Source of the DNA: Daphnia carinata
Lineage: Eukaryota
NCBI RefSeq assembly: GCF_022539665.2
Contig: NC_081331.1
Span: forward strand, 4,898,001-4,962,000
Reading direction: 5' to 3'
DNA length: 64,000 bases
In this document: piece by piece, positions 13,920 through 26,687 of the stretch
How positions within the stretch are numbered: position 1 is the first letter of the stretch
Layout of the letters: every line of letters starts with the position of its first letter
Notes under the pieces: generated by a model
Databases searched by the model: none
What the model was told of the DNA's origin: nothing
The model's input: only the letters and a program-made list of their open reading frames with translations
Program-made: the position numbers and the translations under genes

Positions 13920-16900
13920 ATCTCCTTTGGCTTTACAAGTCTTTGAAAACATTAGAGAGTGAGCTACCACCTCTTTTTTTATCTTGCAAGATGTTTCTCT
14001 TTTTGTTTTGAGTTAAAAGCGATGGGGTCGAGTGCCTCATAGTCTCCCTCTTCTATCCGTCTAGTAGAACCTTCTTCCTTGTCTCGTCTATACTTTCCCA
14101 TCCTGTCCATTCGCCAATACGTTTTTTTCCGTTTCTCTTTAAGAAAAAAACGTGCGAAGGAGACGAAATTCAACAGGGTCAAGTATGTGGCTGTTGCACC
14201 AACGTCCTCCTATGGATAGAACCCGACAACCTACGTTGACTCTTGTTAAACTATAAAATAGTAGTCTGTACCTGTTTTTTTTTTTTTTTTTTTCTGTTTA
14301 TTTTTTTCCTGCTTCTTCCTGCATTCTCTCGGATATCTGTCTGGGTTTGACTGAAAGGTGTAACACATTTAGAGACCCACACGTGGCAGACTGGCAGCAT
14401 CAGTTGAGCTCTTTTCTAACTTTACGATCAACTCTCCGCTATTTAGTTGGCCCTTTCTCTCTTTCTTCTACTCCGACGTTTATTATGGATAGCGGCACCC
14501 GGTTAATGCACGCAAGGGAAGCTACCGGCTACTTAAAACGAACTTTTCTTGCCGCCAAAAATAGGTGAAATCTAAAAGAAATAATAATAGAGAGGAATTG
14601 AGAATAATTTATGCGTACCGATTCTCTTTTCGCATTTTTTTGATTGCATGTGAATTGATCTATTATTTTTTTTTTGTTTGACCGGAACTTTTTCGTTTGG
14701 CTTTCCCCGTTTTGGGATTTTATTTGATTTCATTTTTATAAAATGAAATGCTGCTGGCTGATGGCAGTCCGCAATCCATTGCTTTCGGGTGGCCCGATCG
14801 TGGCCCCCATCGCGCGCGCCAAAGAACTGCCAGATCTTGATATTTAAGTTTTTCTTTTTTTTTTAATGCTCGTTGTTGTTGCGCCCCACAAGTAGTCGGC
14901 AAAGTCTTCCTTTTGTTTAGCAAAACGACACAAACGGACAGAGACGAAAACGTTTTTTTGATCATCCGCTGCGGATGAGTAAACAACGTGAGCGACGAAA
15001 AAGGAAACAGTCGATCTTTTGTTGGTTCTTTCCTTCTTCGTTCAACAGAGTCTCGTAACTGGCCTGTAATACTAGATTTGGAAGCTTTGGTGAGTTGTCG
15101 ACAACTCTGTTTTGCTACTTGAGCAGCTAAAAAAAAAAACAACAAAAACATCAGCAACAAGCTGAACTGAACGCAAGTGAAATACGGCATTTTTATTCCG
15201 GTGAGATGCGTGCCGTATTTTCATATGATTATCAACAGGTGGAAGAAGACGAGCGTTACGTGTTTAGATTTTTATTTTTTGGTTCGAGTTTTGGTTGGGT
15301 TCGAGTGTGACGAAGAGGAGGTTACCCCAAAACATGGAAAGGAATTAAGGAACCGATGACAACTAAGGAAACACGGGCAAAAAGGACCTCGTTGTGGTTG
15401 CGTTTGTCCCCTCCTCTTGCACGAAAATAACGTTTTTTCTCAATCACATATTTCTTTTAAAATTATTTTTGTGGGTGGAACGTACTTCCTCAATAGAGGA
15501 TATCGTCACGTTCGATTCTGAAAATCCATAGAAAAACAAAAATTATGGCCATCAAAAGTTCAGTCAGGCACAAGAAAATTGTGTGTAGCGTTAAAGAAAA
15601 ATCCAGTCCAGTTCGTTTGATGCAGGAAAAAACGGGCCATTCGAGTTGGCCAGCCGCACTCACGGACAAGCTACCGCAGCCAAAAAAAAAAAAAAAAAAT
15701 GACATTTTTTGTTCTTTTTAAAACTTGTGGCTTAATAATTCGCGTGCCACCACGACTACCAGTTGATACGCCCAGTCGGTCGCATTGTGGATACTGGGCG
15801 TTTTTTTTTTTCTAAATTTCGTGCCCAGTCTGTGGAGCTACTAAACCAAAATCTACGGGAATAGCACAGACAAGTGCCTTAAAAAAAAAAAAAAAATGGT
15901 TGTTTGGTTAGTGACTTTCTTCCGGGGTATGCGGGCTGTTATTTTGGAAGGAAAAGCGGACAGCAAAAAACAAAAAATTTGAAGTAAAAGAAAAAATTGT
16001 TTTCATTTGTCGAGAGAGAAAAGAGGATGTTCCGCATTGCGACGATTTTCATTGGGGCTTTGTGGTAGCTGAGTAGAACAAAGCTGCAGGTTGGCATCCT
16101 GGCAATTGTCTCTTCGTCATCATCGTTGACTTGGTCGCAGCAATTTATTTCATCACAGGGGCGTGCCAGGGCGAAAATGCTTTCAGACCAACAAAAAGAG
16201 TCTCCACTCAAAAAGGTAAATATGACGTAGGTAGGTACCAAAGAGAAAACGAAAACAAATTCTTGAGCAATTATTTAATGGGAGGAGGTCACGAAAAGAT
16301 GACTTGAAAATCGAGATCCATTCCGACTGACTCCCTAAAAAACTAAAAATCAAAACAAATCTTTCAAAATCTTGAAGGTACAAGAAAATGTGGACGAGTA
16401 AAAACAAGTGAAGAATGCTGCTCGAAGATATTTGCACCGCTCGAGGTAAATATTTAAGCGAAATACCACCGCACACGCAGGGCTGTGTGCGTTCCATGTA
16501 CATGTCTTGTTTGTTTTTTTTTAAATTCTTTTTTATTTTGCCTGCATCAAAAGGGAAAGAAAAGTGGACCGCGCTGCTGGGCACGTTCCATACTTGCATG
16601 GTTTCTACCTACACGGACGAGGAATTGTATTGAGTTTTGACGGGATGTGACGGCAGCCCATTCTTGCGTGGCGATTGTTGATCGAGATATTGTTCTCGGA
16701 TGACAAAAGAAGCCGAAATGTTTGTGGAGGTTCTCGTGTTGTTAGACTGTGGACAGACGCAGAGAAAAGAAGAATGATTGGCGTTTTGGCTACACGCCAT
16801 TGTGCAAAAGGAAAATTGAAAACACATCACGGTACGTAATGATACAATACTCTTCACATCCTCGATTTCATTTCTTTTCTCTCGCTGTCACACTTGTTTT

Positions 16901-18061
16901 GTTCCCGCTTATTATCATTAGATTCTTCATTGATCTCTACAGCGTTACATGTCTGCATACCTTCTATTTGCCTTCCTTTTCTCTGCTATTTTTCTCGCTT
17001 TCAATTGCCATTTCTCAATGACAATGCCTGTTTTCTCCTTCTTTTATTCAATTTAAGCAACAAGAAAATGGGATAGAAACCGTCGTTTTTAGGCGTCAAT
17101 ATGGGCACAAGTTTTGTCTGTTCAATTGGCTACGCTTCGCTGATGGCGGATGTACGGGGAAAAAAAAATACGATGTCGATGACGTATCGCTACATTCATG
17201 GGCGGCTATATATGGTACCAAGACGAAAGCGTATCGACAATAATGAATTTAGAAATCAACGCATTTAAAGTCGAATAGATGGAGAAGAAAAATGGAATTT
17301 TAAATGGGAAACCCATCGCGTGTGCTACCCCTTCAAAATAATACGAACCATGGAACAGACGTGGTAGAGCCTGACACATTTTTTTGTCTTGTCCGAATGG
17401 ACAGGAGAGTAGCCGGGGTAGGGAAGCAAAAAGCTGTATAAAGGTAAATTTTTTATCTTTTTTTTTATATACCTGGAAAGAAGGTGGAGGAGGTTCTAGA
17501 CTATGGAATGGAGTAGGCGGAGCTTGTCTTGTGGCATTTGGGGCTCGTGTGTGTTAAATTTTTTTTTTCTTTTCTCTCTTAACTCTTGCTGCCTTTACCT
17601 AACCTACCTTCTCCCTGCGCAGTTCGTTCTTCTTGTATAGTCTTCTTCAAGAGAACAAGAAAGCGGAAGTTTATGCAGGAGGACTCCCCTCCCCTTTAGG
17701 GAGAGAAGAAAACGATTCAAAAGTAACAGAGAACTCTGACTAGGCTAGCAGTTGTGTGTTGGTCGCCGTTCAACACTCGTCATCGCATTGTGTGTCGTCC
17801 TTCTTGCCCTGGGGTTGTTAATCGTCTCTCTCACCCGCTATAGTTGATCGTAGATGGTCGGTCATGATAAGTGTCCGGTCAAAAACAGGAGTTAAAACAG
17901 ACGATAACCGCCGACAAAACAAACTCGAAAACCTGATTATTCAGTTTTTCCTTTTCCTGGGTTATTGAACTGTTTAATTTGACGTGACCCTCGAGTGCAT
18001 TTTTCAACAAGTGAATTCAAACAAATTTCCTTAGTGACCGGTCATCGAAGCCGCCAATAGA

Positions 18062-21000
18062 ATGGCGCCCATTCATCAACGGATGGACAGGTATCATGAT
18101 CTGCCTCCTCCACCGCCGATCCCACTCAAATTGAAGCCGAAAACTCTCAAGAAATTGTCGCAACAAGCAGCCAGAGGACAGCCGCTCTATTTGATTGTCG
18201 GTCCTCATTCAGCGGCCGCTGCAGGTCCACGACCGATGGCCAATGCCATGCATCCGCCACCATTGCCTCAACATCCACCGCATCCTAATCACCCGTCACG
18301 CAATTTTGCCGTCGTTCATCCTCGTGTGGAACGTCAGCAGAGAATGGCTGGAATGATGGCCGGACCAGCCAACAGCGTCGGAACGGCCACGTCGGGCAGC
18401 GATTCCATGAAAAGTATGAGCTTTTCTTCTGCGCAAGGTTTGATGGACAGTCAAAACCGATTTCGTGGGGACAATTTCAACACGCGTTTGCGCGCTCATC
18501 AGCAGTTATTTCCGTGGAATCCGCACAATCAAAAGAACAGCCACAGCAGCAAGAGCTCGTCGAATTGGGTGAGACATTTGACGAGCGACGACGATGTGGA
18601 AGAAGAAGAAGAGGAAGAAGAAGAGGAACCAAGAGGAGCAGGAGGCCATCGGCCTATCAATAATAGCAAAGCGGACACGGTCTCGTGTATGGAAGCTGTG
18701 ACAACAAGGGCCAGCAGCGGCCCTCGACCTGAATACCAACTTGGGCCATCCGACCGCAACGCTCGCCTCGTCGGAGAGATTCAACTGAGTTCACGGGTGG
18801 CCTCTATGACCATAGCCGATGTCAGCCCTCGCTTTGCCTTCAAGGTGAGTCCCGTCTTCCATCATCTTATTGAATTTCATTCAAAAATGCGTCCCCTATT
18901 GTCCGTTATTCTATTTGACAATATTTTGTGGGAACATTCTGACATGCCATTCAATTGTATTAATACTAGCTAGTTATTGTTATCTCGTTCCATGATTTCT
19001 TTAAAAATAAAAAAACAAGGGCCATTATATCTTTGGGTAATATTTAAAAAAAAAAACCCATGTCCTGGCCCGTCAAGGTTTAGTGATGGCAACTCTTTTC
19101 CTGCCATTGTCTCTTACGGGATTCTTTGCGTGTTTCATGCATAACTGAGCGGAACACAAATTATGGCACTTAACTACCAATAGCTTCCTTCAAGCTTTGA
19201 TTCGATTTCATGTTGTTGTGGGTCTCCGTGTATGTAGAGAGAACAAAAGATTGGTATCGGTGTATCTATGGCCCAAATTCGAGAGAGTCCATTTTTGGTG
19301 ACGGTCATGACTCTTTATTGACTAGACATAAAAAGGCGCCATCCTATAGCTTTTAAAAGAAACATTTTTACACAACAGTCTGTTGATCTTTTCCCATTCC
19401 TTGTTCTTTTTTCTATTTTTTCTTTTGCCCCGCTACGTGGAATTCAGAAAATTCTGATGCTGTCCGAGAACAAACAATACCGCGAATCGGCCAATTTCAT
19501 CAACCGGCTGAGCGGCAACACGTTCGGCGTCATCGTCCACGACCTGCCCGTCGACTTGTTTATCGAATCGATGCCTCAATCGCTGCCCATCATCGAATCT
19601 TTGTACGCCAAAGTCTTCCTGTCGGACGGCATGACGAGGAATTCAATCCAATTCCTCCGTCCGGAGAGTGTCGTCATGCAGATGGTCAAATATTTTGCCC
19701 ATCAGGAAGATCACCCGCCCACGCCGAGCGGGGGGTCGGCTTCCGGTTGGCCGCCGAACGTCTGGCGTTGGGACTATTGTGGACCGTTCATCTCCAGCTG
19801 CAAGAAACTGCTGCGCGTCATCGTCCTCACCGAGCCTAAAATTCGCAAAAGTCTATTTCAAAAACGAAGAGCCCTGGGCAAAGCCATCGAAGGTCTGGGT
19901 CAACACGGACTGGTTGGCACTTCTGATGAGAATCTGATGAATTTACACGACGCCTTACAGGTAACCTACGAGAATTAAATTTTTAATCGTTTGTTCGTTT
20001 TGGAATTCGACCTGAAATTTCAAGACGAGATAAAAATAAGGAACTGTTTTGTTGAAGTAATCTTGATATTTTTGTTCCGTTGATGTGTTGCAATCATGTA
20101 GGACGAGTTCAACCGAGTTGTCCAGTCCTACAAGAGCGCACTGGATAAAATGGTGGAACTGGAATTGGCCCAAAAGAAGGGAGCAAACCGGACAGTATCA
20201 AACGGTCCGGCTCCTATCGCTGCGTCGCATCAGCGTCTTTTGTCGTTGAAACAATCGGAAATCCAGGAACGACTCATTAAAAACAAGACGCTCTTGAATG
20301 TCGTCGAACCGACTCTAACGAACCATTCGCTGGATCTCTTCCTGGGCATTTTGCAGCGTCGCATCGAACTCGACAAGGAAGCACTGTTCCAGTTTAGCCA
20401 GTTGAAACGTGACCAGCCAGCCAAACCGGGAGAGGCCGTTCAGAATATCGTTGTCGCGCCCATATTGATGAAATATTCGCACGGATGCCAACAGGTTAGT
20501 GTCCATTTCAACAATTCATCGTTTCCGCCAGGAAGTCAGGAGCTCAGTCACGTATTTTTCTAATCAGAAAAATTGTAACAGATGTAGAGCGATCGGTTAA
20601 CCAGATGAAAGGCAACCTTTGCCGTCACGGAATTCTATATTGCACGCAACTTGTATAAAAATATTCAGTTCAATATCGTGATGCCCCCCATTCTTTTGCA
20701 ATCGCACAATACGTGCCGTCGTTTTCCTTTTTTTGTTTTTCATTTGCGGCCGTGGTGGTGTGAACAATCAAAAACAATTGCAAACAACGAAGAAATGAAT
20801 ACGATGCGTCGCCTTCGGCCTGAAAGATTTTAGTGAACAATAGAACACGGGCGAGAAAATGATGATGGCGAAGGTGAAACTTTGTTTGGTGCCATATAGA
20901 CCCAAATGTGACGTGATGATGAGAAGTTTAGATTGTTTCAAGATGGCTGGGAAGAAAAGACAAAAACATTTTGAAAGTCTATCAACGGCCTTCTTCTTCT

Positions 21001-24000
21001 CTTCCTTGTTTTCTCTTTCCAATTATTTTGATCGATTGTCGTCCGCTCGTCACGCGTTCCATCCCGATGCCTTTTTTTTTTCTCTTTACGTCGTGATCTC
21101 CTGCAGCATTCCTTTTTCTTTTCAGGTTTTTTTTTTTAAATGTCCTTTACGAAATAGTCACAGTAATTTCGTGACGGATGTTTTTTTTTTTTTTTTGCTT
21201 CTTCTTTTGTTTCACATCAAACCGACCACAAAAAAAAAAAACTTTCGTTTGTTACGTCGCAGTTGTCGTCGTCCAGGTGATTATTGGTTAGGCGAAGGCT
21301 AAATTGCATACGATTACAGTTAATTGCCACAACCACGTTCGTTCAAAAATTCGTCTTTTTTCCCTTTCCGTGTTCTTTTGTTTTCAGTGGCTGATTTTTT
21401 TTCCATTTTCTTTTGTTGTTTTGTTTTAATTTTCTTTTTCTTTTGCGTTGGGTAATCGCGCGAACCAAAAGAGTGTGAAAACAGCGGAGTACGGCATCGC
21501 GTGAGACATCGCCCGCGATGAGATTAAAAGCGAAAAATAAATAAATTTGCAAGAGAGATGAATATATAAGACAGGACCACCGTAAAAACTTCAGAATTCA
21601 TTATTCCATTAGAAATTCGAATATGACTATGTAACAAACTAAGAGCCCTGATTTATTGAATTGTTTCAGAATTTTTATTAATCAATTTCGTTTTTTTCTC
21701 TTTGAAACAATGAAGGTCCTGGAACTGATGAGAGAAGTGAGTTCGGATCAAAACCCACAAGAGGAGGAATTGGAAGATTCCAGCGACGTTTCGGGCTACC
21801 ATTCCGACTCGGATTCGGCGGTGATGGCGTCGGGTAATTCGCCTTTCTTCTCAAAGAGCGCCCGCTACAATTTCCTCTCCCGATCAGGTAACATACAATT
21901 TTTTCTGTTTCTCCTATTCTTCTAGTTTTTTAAGACTATAGACCTCATTACCTTTTTACATGCATATCTATAAGTGTTAGTGCGTCCTGATTCCATTTTA
22001 GCTTTTATTTTCTTTCTAGACTATGTTTTAAATTCCAATCTCGCCGCTTTCTCATTTCCCACTTGTTCACACACACGCACCGTGTTAGTACTAAATTTTT
22101 TGATGTTGCGCGTTAGCTCTTCTTTCTCCCATTTTCTGGATATAATCAGCTTGACCTTATTTTATTTCGTTCAACTACCAAATAAGGAACGTTCTTTTCT
22201 TTTAATGATACAGTCGTTCAAAAGTTGGCGAGAACAAGGTGGGGCTCCTCGGGGATAGAGAAGAAGGGAGAGCGATCGCCCGAACGATAGTAGCCTCCCA
22301 TTGTTTCCACATGATCCGATCACCGTTATGAACTTAACGGTGTCGCTTTCTGAATCGAGCCATCAGCTCTCATTAATTCCGCTCACATCGCACAAGACTC
22401 GCGACGCGATATTAGTTTAAAGCATTAGGACGACAAGAGAAAAGAACTGGAAGATCAGGTTGCTACAATGGCAAGTCGTAGGGTAAAAATGTTGGCAGTC
22501 TGACGGGTTAGAGCAGGTTGAAAATATTATGGAGAAATTCAGATAAATTTTGACAACGCGGAAACAAACCATAAACTGACAAGTATTGAACGCAGACAAA
22601 AAAGAAACGAGTTATATTTTTTTTTTTGGAAAGCAAACCACGCCTTGTGTGGAAATGGTTTTAAGAATCGAATTGTTTTTTACTCTCAAAAATCAGTCAC
22701 GCGTTCACGTGAATCCCCTCTATGCCCGCAAACAACTTGTCGACCTCAATGTAGTTGATACACTGGGAGCAAAAAAATTGAAAAGAAAAAGAAATGAAAT
22801 AATAAGAGAAGAACCGTGTGGGCTTGTCGGCGGGAACCCACACTAGAAACGACGCCCCTCTTCAAATTCGCCGAATAACTTATGAAAATTGAGCATTTCT
22901 TTTTTGGAACACTGAAAAACAAGATCGCAATCTCCTCCTCTTCTTCGTCTGTACGCAGATCTTCTCTTCATTAGCGTGATCGACATGGGGCTCTCTGCGT
23001 ACGCGCTAAGTTGATGGATAGGAGGGAAAAAGAACGACCGGTTTCACGTTAACATTTCCACAAGTCTCTCGGTACTCGATCGCAGTTGAAAGGGGGGAGT
23101 TTTGCCACGAGATTATGAGGCTGTTGAAAACAAAAACGAACTGTTACAACAACCATGGAGTCGTGTATCCATTTACGCCTGTACTTGTATTGTAGGCTAC
23201 ATAGTAGCCTATATAGTAAAAGAAAAGGAAAAAAAAGAAGAGGGATATAAAAATAACACTTTGACGGGAGTAGGAGGCACGTAGAGAGCCGCCGGAGTTG
23301 CACTGTGGTTCAACTGCCTATAGGGCATGAAACAAAACCATCCGCACAAGAAGGCCCATTTAGATTTTTTTTGCCGAACCTTTTGTAATTGTGTGCGACT
23401 TTTTGTGTGTGTGTGTTTGCGTGTATACGCTTAAAACATTCCGACCTACATCTTCCGGAAGCGAATAATAGGTGATACGAGCGACTTGTTTTTGTGTGTG
23501 TGTCTCTCGTGTCTTTTTAATGTTCTTTTTTTTTTGTGCTATTATGCCAAAAGAAAACAGAAATCGGTCGTGATTGGGTGTTGTTCTATTTCTCCTTTTT
23601 TGTTGGTGAAATTTAAAAAGGCGAAATGGCAAAGATACACAAATAATAATGTGGCCAGAGTTAATTTAGGTCGTATTTTCAAAAGATTGTAAATGGAATG
23701 TTCAAGCGACAAAAAAGAAAATAACAAAACAAACGGCAGGGAAAAAAACTGGCAACCATTTTGCGGTCTTCCGCAGACAGGAAGAACACATCACGAAATA
23801 TGCTATTGAGAATTCACAGTCGATTCGTCGCAATGATTTTCTTTTTCGTTGTTCGCTGTGTAAAGCTATTACGTGGGCGCACGTCCTTCGCATTCATAAC
23901 GGGACCCGAATTTCATCGACATTCAAAATCGTTTAATCGCCATATTTTATTTCCAAACACTTTTTTTGTTTCGCATATACGCCATATTTTACGTGGTTAT

Positions 24001-26687
24001 TTTCCAAACACAAAAAATGTACCCAACAAAAATGAAATGTGCGCATTAAAGCAGAAACCGAGGGGCGGTTCATTCGGGCTGAATTTGAATCCATTCACGT
24101 GAGCCCCGCATGTTCTGTGACATCCACCAGCGCGATAATCAAGTGTTATCTAATACAATGAACAGAGTTAAGATAACTACTAATGACGCACATAACCAAA
24201 TGAAGCGTATAATGAATTCCGCTAGCGGTCTTCAAATTTTTACATCATCGCGTTGCTGCTACGTGACACGTCTAACGTCACCTGATTTCCTGTTTCAAAC
24301 TTTTTTTTACGGTTCGATTGCCATCACGCTGACACGCGGGATAGAAAGAGACGTATGTAGACCTGAAGACGTGTACATAAATAGCGCAACACAAATAAAA
24401 ATTCTTTCAATGAAACGAAGAAACGACTGGAAAGGCTGACCTACTAGAATGTTACTCCCGACTTTTTAGCTCTTTTCTAACTGACCTAGTGACGAGGCTA
24501 TTTCCCCTCGACCGAACGACGACCCTCCCGGCCATCACCCTTTCTTATTCTGGAATTTTATTTTTCTTTTATATTTCGTTTTTCTCTTGTGAAATCTTAA
24601 CTTGAGTCCGCTCCATTTTCTTCTGTTTACTTGAATGCCTGTAAGCTTCAGTTTAATACTCTTTGCCATTTTTGTTGCCATCTTATCTCTTTTATCCAAA
24701 TATCGAACTCGAGCCGTTACGAAATTACTGACACAACAGTTCAGAAAAAGAAAAACTTGTAACTGACTGCAATTATTTGGCGTAACATGGTACATCCGGA
24801 TCGAAGAGAAACAAAAGGTCGAACCCTTAATGCAGCGGCTACACATGTGTGCATCCAAAAACAGTGGTTCCCATTCTATCATGTTGTTTAGTTACCTTGT
24901 TCTCGGATTGCTAATAGCTGTTTACCGTAGTCACTTTTGCATGTTAATGGTAAAGCATGCATAACTTTGGGAAAGAGCATACCTCGTTGCCTGTCTTTGT
25001 TGGGGTCCTGAGAAAAAAAAAAGCGGTAGCATAAAATTCTGAAATAAGTGAAGCCCATTTTTTTTTTCCATGTATGATAGATAATTGATGTGATATTTTT
25101 TTTTTCATTTCCATCAGTTCGCCTGGGAAGCCGTGCGAGCATCCGGACGTCGTTGCTCGTCAACTCGCTGGGACTGGAAGCGGGCGAGATCAAAGGGCAA
25201 ACCGGTCAGGGCCAAGGCCAATCGACGAGAAACGGCCGAAGAATGTTGTTGGCTAAGGCCAAAAATGCTTCATTGTCATCGTCGACAGGCTCTAATTCGC
25301 CCAGCAGCGAACGTGAGAGTGACTACCGTTCAAGTGGCATCTCATCTGGAACCGGATCGCCCGACTCCCGACAGGCTCTCGCCAATGACTCCGGCCGTCT
25401 AGCCAACACTCCTCCGTGTCAGCGATGCCAAGTTCAGAATTTGAATAATACAATTGTCGGCACACATGGCGTTGATCCAGGATTACAAGCCGAATTGGAA
25501 TCCATTAAAGCTGAAATGAATAAAGCCAATGCCACGATATGCGCATTGCAAGAACGCGAGAAGAAAATGAAAGCCAGGTAATAATGAAACTGAAAATGAT
25601 TCATGTTCGATCGACAATTTAAACCGTATTGTCGATAATCACGAAAGCAGGATGGCTCTTCAAGCTCAGAAGATGGTGGAACGAGGTGTAGGACCTAGCA
25701 AATTCGAATCGATTTCTTCCGAACAGCGATCCGATTTGATTCACAGCTACGGCGGGCTGTACACTCAGTCGCGCGTCGAAACGCTCGATTACTTGGACAA
25801 ACTGGAAGAGCTTCGTGGTGCTGATGAACTGAAATCTAAGCTACTGTTCTCCGTCATTGTGGTAAAAAGAAAAACAACAGTGTGTTAACTGGCTTTACAT
25901 TTTAGATTAGCTTTAAATCAAAATTACGTTTTGATTAGTTGGCCTTCCGCTCATTGCAAGCGACGTCTACCCAAATGAAGGATCATATCAAGAGAATCTT
26001 ACAGATTCCACCGGGCCCGATGCATCAGCCTGTGAATAATAACAACGCAGTATATCTACCACCGCCTCCTCCACCGCCGCCATCAGCATTGGCTGCTCCG
26101 TCCAACAGTAAGCGTCAAATCACGCCGCCCGCCAAACCCGCTAAGCCGGCCAAACCTTTGCGTAAGGAACGTAATCCTGGCTACGAGGTGGAACAAGCTG
26201 TGGCTTACTATCTAAGAGAATCAGTGGCGACATTCGATTTAACCAAAAACACAGAGGTTTGTACAATGGCTATGAAAGAATTTTAAAAATGGCCTTGCCA
26301 TACGGTATTAATGATATCAATTGGATTTCCAGGATGTTTGCAATCAAATCTGGGCAACATTGTACGACTACCCTTGCCTTCGCTCTTGCGATCCGCTGGT
26401 CAAATACATCAAGGACTCGGTCCGTTTGGCTTGGGCTCTTGTCAATCAGGTAGACATTGAGATCTGCATTAGCCACAAGTGTTTTGTAATAAACAATTTT
26501 TGTTTCCTGGAACTGATAGTCACCGCCATATGTGCTCGACTACGAGGCCAGAAGTTTCAATGCCGACTATCACATCCGATTCCATACTTCCGACCCAAAT
26601 GATAATTCCATCAAGACTTACTTGTGGCCAGCGCTGGTCGAAGGCCATAATGGACCTTGTCTTCAAAAAGCAGTCGTCATCACTTAA
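18062..26687 (+). CDS. Uncharacterised ~1044 aa protein with coiled-coil segments and a C-terminal Mieap/SPATA18-like domain, 9 exons
   Basis: Exons 18062-18844, 19448-19960, 20102-20494, 21716-21887, 25118-25577, 25651-25861, 25939-26256, 26333-26449, 26520-26687, phase-consistent. The C-terminus SVRLAWALVNQSPP...H.RFH...YLWPAL...LQKAVVIT* resembles the mitochondria-eating protein C-terminal domain (recognised by eye). Confidence 0.8.

Noticed and set aside
12900..18000. Numerous 60-150 aa ORFs in the intergenic region
   Set aside because: Phe/Lys-rich translations of A/T homopolymers, with no motifs or coherent splice structure.
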